A DNA stretch of 32,000 nucleotides from Gemmatimonadaceae bacterium (GTDB lineage: Bacteria; Gemmatimonadota; Gemmatimonadetes; Gemmatimonadales; Gemmatimonadaceae). The stretch's first letter is position 1. The number at the start of each line of letters is the position of its first letter. A program made the translations under genes and the position numbers. The stretch is taken from positions 11,378-43,377 of the forward strand of contig JBBJNN010000034.1 of assembly GCA_037720885.1 (NCBI GenBank), written 5' to 3'. Below the pieces are notes generated by a model. That model was not told the DNA's origin. It saw nothing but the letters and a program-made list of their open reading frames with translations, and searched no databases. This document shows, piece after piece, positions 8,950-18,761 of the stretch.

Positions 8950-10929
8950 ATGACCACCACTGCCTTGCTCGAAGAGCTCGAGCGACAGTTCCGCGACAAC
9001 CCACGACGCTACTTCGCCAGGCTCGCCAACGAGTATCGCAAGGCCGGTGATCTGGACAGCGCGATCGAGATCTGCCGGGCCCACGTTCCGCAGCAGCCGG
9101 GCTACATCAGCGGCCACATCGTGCTCGGTCAGGCCCTCTACGATCGCGGCGAGCTCGATGACGCGCGGCGCACCTTCTCGAACGCGCTCGCGCTCGACCC
9201 CGAGAATCTGATTGCGCTCCGGCAGCTTGGAGACATCGCCGGCAGGCAGGAGGACGGTCCCGAAGCGCGTCGCTATTGGGAGCGCCTGCTCGAAGTCGAC
9301 CCGGGGAACGAGGATGTGACGGCACAGCTTGCGCTCCTTGCGCCCACGGTGGTCGCGGCGCCGAGCGCCGCCGACGCGAACGGCGATCGGGCGGAGGATA
9401 CCCGGCACAACGGCGACGCGATGCCGAGGGCCGACGGAGCAACGTTCGGTCGCCGACCGGGCGGTGCAGACGAGGCACTCGAGTGGGTCGCGCCAGCGGT
9501 CGGGATCTCGTCGTTCGGGGATGGCGCGCAGGACGACGAGCTGATCGTCGAGTTCGAACCGGCGCAATCGCCTCGTACCGGCACCGCCGGCGTCGCCAAC
9601 TTCGGTGACGCCGGCGCCGAGCTCGAGCCGCTCGATATGGAGTCCGCGGTGGAGCGCGATCCGCTCCTCGCGCAGTTCGGCGACGAGGCCGAAAGCTCCG
9701 ACGCCTTCTTGCTTAGCCACGAACGTCCGACGACCGGCGACACGCTCGAGGCGTTCCCGGGCGATTCGATTGGCGCTCGCGCGAACGATTCATGGAGCGC
9801 CGAGCTCGAAGATGACGCCGCGTGGGGCAGCGAAGGGGAGGGGGAGAGAAGCGAGCCGGGCGAGTCGAGCGTTGCTGAGGTGCACGAGCCGGGAGGCGAC
9901 CGACTCTTCGATGTCGAGCCGTCCATTCCGGACTTGGGTGACGCGCCCGCGTTTGGGCTCCTCGATATGGATCTGATGCCTGCGGCGCCGGCCCCGCTGG
10001 CAGCGACGCATCGCGACGGCGCGCCAGAGCGCGCCCTAACGGACGTGGGCGACGTTCCCGCTGGGGATCGCACCGAATCGGCGCGCACGGATGACGACAT
10101 GGTCAGCGCCGACGCGCCATTCACGCCAGACGCGGAGTTCAGCGCGACGCCCGCGGTCGAGATGCGGGACATGAGCACGGAACGCGAGAGCGCTATTCGC
10201 GAGGGGGCGAGGGAAGCCGCGCCGACGCCGGCGACCGCCGGGCGCGCCACCGACGATCTGGATCTCGGGCCGAGCGGTGCCGCGCCCGCGCCTTTCGTGA
10301 CGGAGACGATAGCCGAGCTGTACCTCCAGCAGGGCTTCCGTGACAAGGCGCTGCAGGTATACAGGCGGCTGTCCGCGGATCGGCCGTCAGACGCCGCCCT
10401 ACAGCAGCGGTTAGCTGAGATCGAGAGCGAGCCGCTCCCGTTTACCGAATCCGCGCCTGCGGCCGACGTCTCGGAGCGGCCGCGCACCGTGCGCGCCTTG
10501 TTCGCCGTGTTGGCGCAGCGACGACCGCCCGCCGCGTCCACCACGCCGCTCGAATCTCCGGCGCGCGGCCAGTCGGCCGACGGGACCGAGCCGACCGATA
10601 CGGCCGACCTCGCGGACGGACAGCATCCGGCGCTTCCGGCCTCCGGCAGTACGGCCGAGCCGGCCGCGTCGTCCATGGACGCAGAGGAGGCCCGCGAGGA
10701 TGAATCGCCCGCTGCGGGGGTTCCTGCCCGAGCCGCCGATGGCGCGATGTCGCTCGACCGCCTGGTCGGCGCGAGTGCCGCGTCGGGCGTTGATCGGGAG
10801 TCGGCGCGTGAGCTCGTGTCGGCCAGCGCTGGCGCAGCCGCCGCGTCTTCCGCGGCGGAGCCCGCGGATCGGCGGAGCGTCGCCGAGCTCGAGGCGTTCA
10901 ACGCCTGGCTGGCGGGGCTCAAGGACTAG
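8950..10929 (+). CDS. TPR-repeat protein with a very long acidic low-complexity region and a conserved C-terminal-proximal helical motif
   Basis: The N-terminus has TPRs (YFARLANEYRKAGDLDSAIEICR, GHIVLGQALYDRGELDDARRTFSNALALDPEN, LRQLGDIAGRQED). Roughly nt 9340-10360 is Asp/Glu/Ala/Pro/Gly-rich. This is followed by TETIAELYLQQGFRDKALQVYRRLSADRP and an Ala/Ser/Pro-rich tail. ATG 8950 is preferred over the TTG 8923 in the track. Confidence 0.8.
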   Translation: MTTTALLEELERQFRDNPRRYFARLANEYRKAGDLDSAIEICRAHVPQQPGYISGHIVLGQALYDRGELDDARRTFSNALALDPENLIALRQLGDIAGRQEDGPEARRYWERLLEVDPGNEDVTAQLALLAPTVVAAPSAADANGDRAEDTRHNGDAMPRADGATFGRRPGGADEALEWVAPAVGISSFGDGAQDDELIVEFEPAQSPRTGTAGVANFGDAGAELEPLDMESAVERDPLLAQFGDEAESSDAFLLSHERPTTGDTLEAFPGDSIGARANDSWSAELEDDAAWGSEGEGERSEPGESSVAEVHEPGGDRLFDVEPSIPDLGDAPAFGLLDMDLMPAAPAPLAATHRDGAPERALTDVGDVPAGDRTESARTDDDMVSADAPFTPDAEFSATPAVEMRDMSTERESAIREGAREAAPTPATAGRATDDLDLGPSGAAPAPFVTETIAELYLQQGFRDKALQVYRRLSADRPSDAALQQRLAEIESEPLPFTESAPAADVSERPRTVRALFAVLAQRRPPAASTTPLESPARGQSADGTEPTDTADLADGQHPALPASGSTAEPAASSMDAEEAREDESPAAGVPARAADGAMSLDRLVGASAASGVDRESARELVSASAGAAAASSAAEPADRRSVAELEAFNAWLAGLKD

Positions 10930-11369
10930 TGCACATCGCCGTGCTCAACGGGCCGAGCCTCAACCTGCTCGGCGTGCGTGAACCGTTGGTGTACGGGACC
11001 GAGACGCTCGAGGACATCGAGCGCGCGCTCCTCCGCTCCGCGAGCGAATTGGGCGTCACCCTCGAATTTGCGCAGCGGAATGGTGAGGGCGAGCTCATTG
11101 ATTGCATTCACGCCCTACGCGGGCGCGTGGACGGAGCGTTGGTGAACGCGGGCGCCTATTCGCACAGCTCCCTCGCGATTCGTGACGCGCTCGCCGCGGT
11201 GAGCGTACCATTCGTCGAAGTGCACCTGTCGAACATCTTCGCGCGTGAGCCGGAGCGCCACCGTTCCGCCCTCGCCGGCATCGCGGTGGGCATGCTGTGT
11301 GGGTTCGGCGCGTATGGATACGACCTGGCCCTCCGCGGTCTCGTGCGCTCGCTGACGCCGCGTGCCTGA
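10929..11369 (+). CDS. aroQ: Type II 3-dehydroquinate dehydratase
   Basis: Diagnostic motifs are present: LNGPSLNLLGVREPLVYG, NAGAYSHSSLAIRDA and VEVHLSNIFAREPERH. GTG 10929 shares one base with the upstream TAG (TAGTG). Confidence 0.92.
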   Translation: MHIAVLNGPSLNLLGVREPLVYGTETLEDIERALLRSASELGVTLEFAQRNGEGELIDCIHALRGRVDGALVNAGAYSHSSLAIRDALAAVSVPFVEVHLSNIFAREPERHRSALAGIAVGMLCGFGAYGYDLALRGLVRSLTPRA

Positions 11370-12450
11370 CGTCCGGCCCGGACGTATCGCGCGGCTCGCC
11401 GAGCGGCTCGCGGGGGCTCGGCTGGATGCGCTGCTCGTCACGAGCCTGCCGAACATCCGCTACCTCACCGGATTCTCCGGCTCGAACGCGCTCGTCCTCG
11501 TGACGTCGGGGCAGCCGGTTCTGATCACGGACTTCCGCTACGCCACGCAGGTGGCTGAGGAAGTGGGGGAGCTGGCGCGTGTCACCGTGGAGCCGCTCAG
11601 CCTCTGGACCGGGCTCTGGCGGAAGCTGAACGAGCTGCCAGCCGTCGTCGAGCTCGGGTTCGAGTCCGCGCAGCTCCTTCACCGCGACTACCAGCGTCTG
11701 CTCGATGCGGGCGAGCCCTGGCATTGGCGCCCCACCTTCGACCTGGTCGAGGGGCTCCGGGAGCGCAAGGATCCGGGCGAGCTTGCGCTCATCGAGCGGG
11801 CCGCCGCCGTGGCGACTGGCGCGCTGGGCGAGCTGCTTCCCCGGGTGCATGCCGGCATGACCGAAGTGCAAATTGCCGGTACACTCGAAGCGCTGCTACG
11901 CGACGGCGGAAGCGAGGGGTTCCCATTTCCCACGATCGTGGCGGCGGGGCCGCGGTCTGCGCTCCCGCATGCGCGCTCATCGAGCCGGGTCGTGGAGCAG
12001 GGTGATTTCCTCCTGATCGATTTCGGCGCGATCATCGACGGCTACTGTGCGGACGTGACGCGGACCGTCACGGTCGGACGGGCCAGCGACCGCCAGCGCG
12101 AGGTTTACGCGGTGGTGCGCGACGCGAACGCGATGGCCTCGCGAGCGGTACGCGCGGGCATGCTCGGCCGGGATGCCGACGCCGTGGCTCGGCATTACAT
12201 TGGTGAGCGCGGATACGGCGACGCGTTCGGACACAGCCTCGGGCATGGCATCGGGCTGGAGGTTCATGAAGCCCCTCGTCTCGCCAAGTCCGCCGACGGC
12301 CCGCTCCCCCCCGACGCCGTCGTCACCATCGAGCCGGGGATCTACGTCGCGGGCTGGGGCGGGGTGCGTATCGAGGATGATGTGTTCCTCGGCCCCGCAG
12401 GCCCGCGCGTGCTGACGGCCTTTTCGCGCGAGCTGATCGAGCTCGTGTGA
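11362..12450 (+). CDS. M24-family Xaa-Pro aminopeptidase/dipeptidase
   Basis: A creatinase-like N-terminal domain is followed by a pita-bread fold with the metal ligands in DFGAIIDGYCADVTRT, HSLGHGIGLEVHEAP and VVTIEPGIY...RIEDDV. GTG 11362 overlaps the aroQ end by 8 nt. Confidence 0.88.
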   Translation: MPDVRPGRIARLAERLAGARLDALLVTSLPNIRYLTGFSGSNALVLVTSGQPVLITDFRYATQVAEEVGELARVTVEPLSLWTGLWRKLNELPAVVELGFESAQLLHRDYQRLLDAGEPWHWRPTFDLVEGLRERKDPGELALIERAAAVATGALGELLPRVHAGMTEVQIAGTLEALLRDGGSEGFPFPTIVAAGPRSALPHARSSSRVVEQGDFLLIDFGAIIDGYCADVTRTVTVGRASDRQREVYAVVRDANAMASRAVRAGMLGRDADAVARHYIGERGYGDAFGHSLGHGIGLEVHEAPRLAKSADGPLPPDAVVTIEPGIYVAGWGGVRIEDDVFLGPAGPRVLTAFSRELIELV

Positions 12451-12470
12451 CTTCCCCATCGGAGAGCTCA

Positions 12471-13004
12471 GTGACTACCCCCATGATCGACCTGCGCTAC
12501 GTCAAGAAGCTGGTCGAGCTGCTCGACCAATCCTCGGTGGATTCGATCGAGATCTCCTCCGAGAAGGGAATGAAGCTCCGCATCTCGAAGACCCCGCAGC
12601 AGCGCGGCGGGATGCAGGTGGCGTCTCAGGTCGCGATGCCGACGCTCATCCCGGCGCCGGTCGCGGCTCCACTCCCGGCGTCGAGCCTGACGTCGGCGAA
12701 TGGCGTTCCGGCGGTGGCGCCCGAGGAGGTGCCCGCGCGCGTGGAGCCACCGAAAGCGAAGCAGCTCGAGGTGAAATCGCCGATGGTCGGCACGTTCTAC
12801 CGGGCGCCGGAACCCGAGGCGGCACCGTACGTGACCGAGGGTTCGCGGATCGAGAAAGGTCAGATCGTCTGCATCATCGAGGCGATGAAGATCATGAACG
12901 AGATCGAGTCCGAGTTTTCCGGCGTAGTGCGCGAGGTGTCCGCGGCCGATGCGCACCCCGTCGAGTACGGTCAGGTGCTCTTCCGGGTCGAGCCGAATGG
13001 CTAG
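12471..13004 (+). CDS. accB: Biotin carboxyl carrier protein of acetyl-CoA carboxylase
   Basis: A Pro/Ala-rich linker is followed by the biotinyl domain with the CIIEAMKIMNEIE biotinylation motif. GTG 12471 has GGAGAG 5 nt upstream. Alternative starts are GTG 12447 (GTGA overlap with the peptidase stop) and ATG 12483. Confidence 0.9.
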   Translation: MTTPMIDLRYVKKLVELLDQSSVDSIEISSEKGMKLRISKTPQQRGGMQVASQVAMPTLIPAPVAAPLPASSLTSANGVPAVAPEEVPARVEPPKAKQLEVKSPMVGTFYRAPEPEAAPYVTEGSRIEKGQIVCIIEAMKIMNEIESEFSGVVREVSAADAHPVEYGQVLFRVEPNG

Positions 13005-14175
13005 CCGTCCCGCCGTCCCGCCGACCGAAGGGGCTCGCGCGGGACCGCCGCAGGCGGGGTTCAACTTCAAGGCGGTGCTGCACCAGATGGTTCAGCGCGG
13101 CGCCTCGGATCTGCATCTCAAGGTCGGGCGGCCGCCCGTCCTCCGCGTCCATGGCGAGCTCGTGACGCTCGACGTGCCGCCCCTGCGCCCGGAAGATCTG
13201 AAGCAGCTCGCTGAGCTGATCATGCCGCCGCCGCAAGTGAAGGAATATTCCGATACGAAGGAAGCCGATTTCGCGTTCAGCATTCCCGGAATCGGCCGCT
13301 TCCGCGTGAACGTGTACCAGCAGCGCGGCAGCGCGGCGTACGCGCTCCGCGCCGTGCCGGTACAGGTGCGCACCGTCGACGAGCTGAACCTTCCGCTCGT
13401 CGTCCAGGACATCGCGCTCCGCCCGCGTGGCCTCGTGCTCGTCACGGGAATTACGGGAAGCGGCAAGTCCACCGCGCTCGCGGCGATGATCCAGCACATC
13501 AACGAGAACCGGAGCGCGAACATCATCACGATCGAGGATCCGATCGAGTTCCTGCATCGGGACAACCGGAGCAACATCAATCAGCGCGAGGTCGGGAACG
13601 ACACGGGCAGCTTCGCGCAGGCGCTCCGTCGCGTGCTCCGGCAGGACCCGGACGTCATCCAGATCGGCGAGATTCGCGATCTCGAGACGCTCGAGGTCGC
13701 GCTCAAGGCCGCAGACACCGGGCACCTCGTCTTCTCAACCCTCCATACGACCGACGCGGCTCAGACGATCAACCGCATCACGTCGTTCTACCCGCCGCAC
13801 CAGCAGAGCGAGGTTCGCTTCATGCTCGCGACGGCACTCAACGCCGTCATCTCGCTGCGCCTGATACCGCGGAGCGACCGGCCGGGCCGTATTCCCGCCG
13901 TCGAGATTCTGATGAACACGCCCGCCGTGCGCGATCAGATCCGCGACATGACGAAGTCGCTGAACATTCCGGATCTCATACGCGAAGGCACCGTGCAGTA
14001 CGGGATGCAGACGTTCGACCAGGCGCTCATGTCGCTCTATCAACAGGGCATCATCTCGTACGACAATGCCCTCTTCTACGCGACCAACCCGACGGAGTTC
14101 GCGCTGCGCATTCAGGGCGTGGAGGGTGCAAGCGACAACACCTGGGACGGCTTCCAGCGTAACTCGAACGCCTGA
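12997..14175 (+). CDS. pilT: Type IV pilus retraction ATPase PilT family (twitching motility protein)
   Basis: It carries [13 protein letters not shown], Walker [10 protein letters not shown], Walker B/Asp box [12 protein letters not shown], His box [11 protein letters not shown], and a PilT-type C-terminal part ([16 protein letters not shown]). ATG 12997 overlaps the last codons of accB by 8 nt (ATGGCTAG). Confidence 0.88.
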   Translation: MASRPAVPPTEGARAGPPQAGFNFKAVLHQMVQRGASDLHLKVGRPPVLRVHGELVTLDVPPLRPEDLKQLAELIMPPPQVKEYSDTKEADFAFSIPGIGRFRVNVYQQRGSAAYALRAVPVQVRTVDELNLPLVVQDIALRPRGLVLVTGITGSGKSTALAAMIQHINENRSANIITIEDPIEFLHRDNRSNINQREVGNDTGSFAQALRRVLRQDPDVIQIGEIRDLETLEVALKAADTGHLVFSTLHTTDAAQTINRITSFYPPHQQSEVRFMLATALNAVISLRLIPRSDRPGRIPAVEILMNTPAVRDQIRDMTKSLNIPDLIREGTVQYGMQTFDQALMSLYQQGIISYDNALFYATNPTEFALRIQGVEGASDNTWDGFQRNSNA

Positions 14176-14204
14176 CGTCGCGCCTCGGCCGACCCCACGC
14201 TCCC

Positions 14205-15557
14205 ATGTTCACGAAAGTCCTGATCGCCAATCGCGGGGAGATCGCGCTCCGCGTCATCCGCGCGTGCCGGGAGCTCGGAATCCAGACGGTCGCCGTCTAT
14301 TCGGAGGCGGACCGGGAGTCGCTGCACGTCCGCTTCGCGGACGACGACGTCTGCATCGGACCGGCTCCGGCGCGCGACTCCTACCTCCGCATCCCCCGGA
14401 TCATCGCCGCCGCAGAGATCACGGGCGCTGACGCCATCCATCCCGGGTACGGCTTTCTCGCCGAGAACGCGGAGTTCGCCGAGACGTGCGCGGCGTCGAA
14501 CATCTCGTTCATTGGCCCGACGCCGGAGCAGATCCGCACGATGGGCGACAAGGCGGCCGCGCGAAAGGCGATGACCGCCGTCGGGGTACCGGTCATCCCT
14601 GGCACGACAGGGCCGGTCGAGGATCCGGACGAGGCGCTGGGTTTCGCGCGGGAGATCGGGTTCCCGGTGATCATCAAGGCGGCGGCCGGTGGCGGCGGCA
14701 AGGGCATGCGCGTGTCGAACGATCCCGACGATTTCCTGCGCGCGTTCCAGCTCGCGCGCTCGGAGGCGCTCTCGGCGTTCGGCAACGGCGATGTGTACGT
14801 CGAGAAGTACCTGGCGCGCCCGCGGCACATCGAGTTCCAGATCATGGGCGACCGTCACGGTCACTGCATCCACTTGGGCGAGCGGGACTGCTCCGTGCAG
14901 CGGCGGCACCAGAAGCTCATCGAGGAAGCGCCGAGCCCCGCCATGACGCCTGATCTGCGCGCGCGGATGGGAGACGCGGCGGTGCGGGGCGCGAAGGCGA
15001 TCGAGTACGTGGGCGCGGGGACGATCGAGATGCTGCTCGATGAGGACGGGTCGTTCTACTTCATGGAGATGAACACGCGCATCCAGGTCGAGCATCCCGT
15101 GACCGAGATGCTGACCGGCGTCGACCTGGTGAAGGAGCAGATTCGTGTGGCGGCCGGCGAGCCCCTCTCCGTGCTCGAGCTGCCGGCGCTACGCGGCCAC
15201 GTGATCGAATGCCGGGTGAACGCCGAGGATCCCTCGCGTAGCTTTCAGCCGGCGCCTGGCCGGATCGATGTCTTCCATCCACCCGGTGGTACGGGCGTGC
15301 GTCTCGACACGCACGTCTACGCGGGTTACACCGTGCCGCCGTACTACGACTCGCTGCTCGCGAAACTCATCTGCCAGGGACGTGATCGCCAGGAGGCGAT
15401 CCGCCGCATGGAGACCGCGCTCGATTCATTCATCGTCGAGGGAGTGCCGACCACGATCTCCTTCCTCAGCCGCGTGATGCGGAACAAGACCTTTCAGAGT
15501 GGAGCGGTGGACACGAAGTTCCTGGAGCGGCACCCGGAACTGCTGCGGGAATCGTGA
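14205..15557 (+). CDS. accC: Acetyl-CoA carboxylase biotin carboxylase subunit
   Basis: [21 protein letters not shown], the ATP-grasp motifs, and [17 protein letters not shown] are present across 450 aa, full length. Confidence 0.95.
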   Translation: MFTKVLIANRGEIALRVIRACRELGIQTVAVYSEADRESLHVRFADDDVCIGPAPARDSYLRIPRIIAAAEITGADAIHPGYGFLAENAEFAETCAASNISFIGPTPEQIRTMGDKAAARKAMTAVGVPVIPGTTGPVEDPDEALGFAREIGFPVIIKAAAGGGGKGMRVSNDPDDFLRAFQLARSEALSAFGNGDVYVEKYLARPRHIEFQIMGDRHGHCIHLGERDCSVQRRHQKLIEEAPSPAMTPDLRARMGDAAVRGAKAIEYVGAGTIEMLLDEDGSFYFMEMNTRIQVEHPVTEMLTGVDLVKEQIRVAAGEPLSVLELPALRGHVIECRVNAEDPSRSFQPAPGRIDVFHPPGGTGVRLDTHVYAGYTVPPYYDSLLAKLICQGRDRQEAIRRMETALDSFIVEGVPTTISFLSRVMRNKTFQSGAVDTKFLERHPELLRES

Positions 15558-16303
15558 TGCGCATCGACGTCTTCTTCACGCCAGCGGAAGCGACGCCGGC
15601 GCAATTGAGCGGTCGCGTCGTCGCCGTGCTGGACATCCTGCGCGCTTCGACAACCGTCGCGGTCGCGCTGGCCAACGGCGCGAAGGCGGTGGTGCCGTTC
15701 GACAGCGCCGACGAGGTCATTCGCCGCGCGAAGAGCTTCGAGCGGTCCGAGGTGCTTCTCGCCGGCGAGCGCCGGATGCTCCCGATCGATGGCTTCGACC
15801 TGGGGAATTCGCCGGCCGAGTTCGCTCCGGACGTGGTCGAGGGGAAGACTGTGCTCCTGTCCACAACCAACGGCACGGGCGCGTTGGCTTCGATCCAGGG
15901 TGCACGGGAGGTGATCGTCGCCTCGTACGTCAACTTCGGCCCTGTCGTCGCGTTGTTGCGGACGGCGTTGAACGGTGGCACCGATGTCGCGCTCCTCTGC
16001 GCCGGGCGCGAGCGGCAGTTCTCGCTGGAGGACGCTGCGTGCGCCGGTCGATTCGCGCGGCACCTCGCGCGGCGCGCGACGAACGTCCAGCTGAACGACG
16101 CGGCGCGCGCGGCCATTCTCCTCGATCGCCGGTACGGTGAGCGAGTGGACCGATTGTTCGCCGACTCGGCCCACGGCCGGGCACTGATCGAAGCAGGGTT
16201 CGAACAGGACCTGGCGACGTGCGCCGCGCTCGATTCACACCGCGTCATCCCCGTCTACCAGGACCGCGCGATCACGAAGATCGGGCCCGACCGGGAACGG
16301 TAG
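15557..16303 (+). CDS. 2-phosphosulfolactate phosphatase family protein (ComB-like)
   Basis: VVAVLDILRASTTVAVALANGAK, LLAGERRMLPIDGFDLGNSPAEF and GKTVLLSTTNGT match the ComB family pattern. ATG 15557 shares a base with the accC TGA (GTGATG); GTG 15554 is also possible. Confidence 0.8.
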   Translation: MRIDVFFTPAEATPAQLSGRVVAVLDILRASTTVAVALANGAKAVVPFDSADEVIRRAKSFERSEVLLAGERRMLPIDGFDLGNSPAEFAPDVVEGKTVLLSTTNGTGALASIQGAREVIVASYVNFGPVVALLRTALNGGTDVALLCAGRERQFSLEDAACAGRFARHLARRATNVQLNDAARAAILLDRRYGERVDRLFADSAHGRALIEAGFEQDLATCAALDSHRVIPVYQDRAITKIGPDRER

Positions 16304-16307
16304 CGGC

Positions 16308-18683
16308 GTGAGTCGTGCCGAGCTTCGGCGCGAGCTGGCAGGCGTCGCGCTGCTGCTGCTCGCTGTCTTCTTCACAGCCTCGCTCCTCGCCGGCGGGGCC
16401 GCTCCCGCGACATCGTCCTGCGGTACCGCGCGCGGCCTCTTCGGGCCGGTTGGCGCGTGTCTTCGCGCGGCCATGCTCTCGGCGGTCGGCCTTCCTGCGG
16501 CACTCCTGCTGCCGCTGCTGCCAGCCGTTCACTCGCTGCGCCTCTTCGGCCGTCTGGGCGCGTCCGGCGACCGGAAGTGGGTAACGTTGCTCGTGGGAGT
16601 CGTACTGCTCCTGCCGGTTGCGATCGGCCTCTCGATCGCCGACGGGGTGCCGAGCAACGACCTCCGGACCGGGCTCTGGGGCAACTTCGTGGGCGTGTAT
16701 CTCCCCCGGGCCTTTGGCACGGGCGGAGCCTGGATCATCCTGGTCCTGGCGGCATCGGCGCTTACCGTGATCACACTCGCCTGGAATCCCATCCGCGTTC
16801 TCGTCGGCGGTGCGCCGCGGCGCGCTGCAGCGAGCGAAACCGTCGCCGAGACGGAAGCGCCCGACACATCACGCGCGCGGCGTCGCCACCGCGGCCGGCA
16901 GGGCGATGCGGCGACGCCCACCCTCCTCAACGAGCCGCGCCCGGAAGAGATGCCGGGCTTCGCGCCGGGCTCGCTGGACGGCGCCGCCGCGGAGGATTCC
17001 GACAGCGAAGGCAGAGGGGAACAGGGGAAACGCGGGCGCGACCGGAAGAGCAAGGCTGGTGCAGCCGCCGAGCGTGCCGATCGGATCGCCGCCGAGATTC
17101 AGGCGACGGAGAGCCCGGAGCCGAGCACGGAGGAGCTGCCTCATCCCGATCTGCTGACGCCGCCTCCGCCGCGCCACCCCGACCACGGGCGCCGCGAGCT
17201 GGACGCGATGGCGGTGAAGCTGAAGGACGCCCTCCGCACCTTCAAAGTGGAGGCCGAGATCGTCGGGCGGACGACCGGCCCGGTCGTGACGCAGTTCGAG
17301 GTGGAACCGGCGCCTGGCGTGAAGGTGCGCCAGATCGCGAACCTCTCGAACGATCTGGCGCTCGCGATGCGGGCCGCGAGCATCCGGATCGTGGCTCCAA
17401 TTCCCGGCCGGGGCGCCGTCGGGGTCGAGGTGCCGAACCCGACGGCCGAGATGGTGGCCTTCCGCGAGCTCCTCGAGGCGCCCGAATTCCGGGGTGCTCG
17501 CGCGGCACTGCCCATTGCGCTCGGGAAGGATCTCGAGGGGCGCCCCGTGATCGCGGACCTGGCGAAGATGCCGCACCTACTCATCGCGGGGGCGACGGGG
17601 TCGGGCAAGTCCGTGTGCGTGAACACGCTGATCACGAGCCTTATCTACCGGCACACGCCGCGGACGCTCCGCTTCTTGATGGTAGACCCCAAGATGGTGG
17701 AGCTGTCGGTCTACAACACGCTCCCGCACCTGCGGCACAAGGTGATCACCGACAATCGCGACGCGGCCGCAGTTCTCAAGTGGGCGGTGCTCGAGATGCA
17801 GGACCGGTACGAGCTCCTCGCCGCGAATGGATGCCGGAACATCCAGGACTTCAATCGTCGCGTGTCGAGCGGCGTCCCGGTCACGCTGCCGAAACGGTCG
17901 GATGTCGCGTTCGAGGATCTGACGTATCGGGGCGACGTCCTCCCGTACATCGTGGTCGTGATCGACGAGCTGGCCGATCTCATGATGACGGTGCAGGGCG
18001 AGATCGAGACGCCGCTCGCGATGCTCGCGCAGAAGGCGCGCGCGATCGGTCTGCACATGATCCTCGCGACGCAGCGCCCGAGCGTGAACGTGATTACCGG
18101 ATTGATCAAGGCGAACTTCTCGAGCCGAATCGCCTTCCGTGTCGCCTCGCAGGTGGACAGCCGTACCATTCTCGATGGCATCGGCGCCGAGTCGCTGCTC
18201 GGCAATGGCGACATGCTCTTCATCCCGCCGGGTAAGTCGGAGCCTGCCAGGCTCCAGGGTGCGTTTATCGCGAGCGAGGATACCGAGCGCCTCATGGCGT
18301 GGTATGCCGAGCGGCGCGAAGCAAAGCGTATCGCGTTCGAGGCGCAGGGCTTGATCCCGGAAGAGCCGGTGGCGGCCGAGCCCGACATATTGGAGGCGAT
18401 CCGCCAGCGCGAGGCGATGGAGGCGGGCGCCGCCAGCTCGGGCGATGCGGCCGACGGTGGCGAGCGGGACAGGCTGTTCCGCGAGGCGGCGGAGGTGGTG
18501 ATCCAGCATCAGCAAGGCTCGACCTCGCTGCTCCAGCGGCGCCTGAAGGTCGGATACGGTCGCGCTGCCCGCATCATAGATCAGCTCTACGAAGCCGGCG
18601 TACTGGGCCCGCCGGACGCATCCAAGCCTCGCGAGGTGCTCGTCGGCCTCGAGCAGCTCGACGCGATCTGCGGACCGCGCTGA
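16308..18683 (+). CDS. ftsK: DNA translocase FtsK/SpoIIIE
   Basis: The protein has N-terminal membrane helices, a charged Pro/Arg/Glu-rich linker, a motor domain with Walker A GATGSGKSV and Walker B VVVIDELADLM, and a C-terminal gamma winged helix (LLQRRLKVGYGRAARIIDQLYEAGVLGP). Confidence 0.95.
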   Translation: MSRAELRRELAGVALLLLAVFFTASLLAGGAAPATSSCGTARGLFGPVGACLRAAMLSAVGLPAALLLPLLPAVHSLRLFGRLGASGDRKWVTLLVGVVLLLPVAIGLSIADGVPSNDLRTGLWGNFVGVYLPRAFGTGGAWIILVLAASALTVITLAWNPIRVLVGGAPRRAAASETVAETEAPDTSRARRRHRGRQGDAATPTLLNEPRPEEMPGFAPGSLDGAAAEDSDSEGRGEQGKRGRDRKSKAGAAAERADRIAAEIQATESPEPSTEELPHPDLLTPPPPRHPDHGRRELDAMAVKLKDALRTFKVEAEIVGRTTGPVVTQFEVEPAPGVKVRQIANLSNDLALAMRAASIRIVAPIPGRGAVGVEVPNPTAEMVAFRELLEAPEFRGARAALPIALGKDLEGRPVIADLAKMPHLLIAGATGSGKSVCVNTLITSLIYRHTPRTLRFLMVDPKMVELSVYNTLPHLRHKVITDNRDAAAVLKWAVLEMQDRYELLAANGCRNIQDFNRRVSSGVPVTLPKRSDVAFEDLTYRGDVLPYIVVVIDELADLMMTVQGEIETPLAMLAQKARAIGLHMILATQRPSVNVITGLIKANFSSRIAFRVASQVDSRTILDGIGAESLLGNGDMLFIPPGKSEPARLQGAFIASEDTERLMAWYAERREAKRIAFEAQGLIPEEPVAAEPDILEAIRQREAMEAGAASSGDAADGGERDRLFREAAEVVIQHQQGSTSLLQRRLKVGYGRAARIIDQLYEAGVLGPPDASKPREVLVGLEQLDAICGPR

Positions 18684-18761
18684 CCTGACCGGGCTATCGC
18701 AACGAATTGGTACGGGCTACGCTGATTCGGTGGGGCATGGCGGCGGCGGCCGACCATCTTC

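Noticed and set aside
9273-10922. 549-aa ORF on the minus strand
   Set aside because: It lies antisense to the acidic region of the TPR gene at 8950-10929. The product is monotonous Ser/Ala/Arg/Pro sequence. GAx/GCx-rich sense codons simply lack stops on the opposite strand.
11656-11667. GGGTTCGAGTCC, which resembles a tRNA T-arm
   Set aside because: It lies inside the M24 peptidase coding frame, with no flanking acceptor, D or anticodon arms. No tRNA cloverleaf can be built.
14112-15095. 327-aa minus-strand ORF
   Set aside because: It is the antisense shadow of accC.
16457-18235. 592-aa plus-strand ORF in an alternative frame
   Set aside because: It lies entirely inside ftsK in another frame and is Arg/Gly/Pro-rich junk. 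The ftsK frame carries all the motor-domain motifs.
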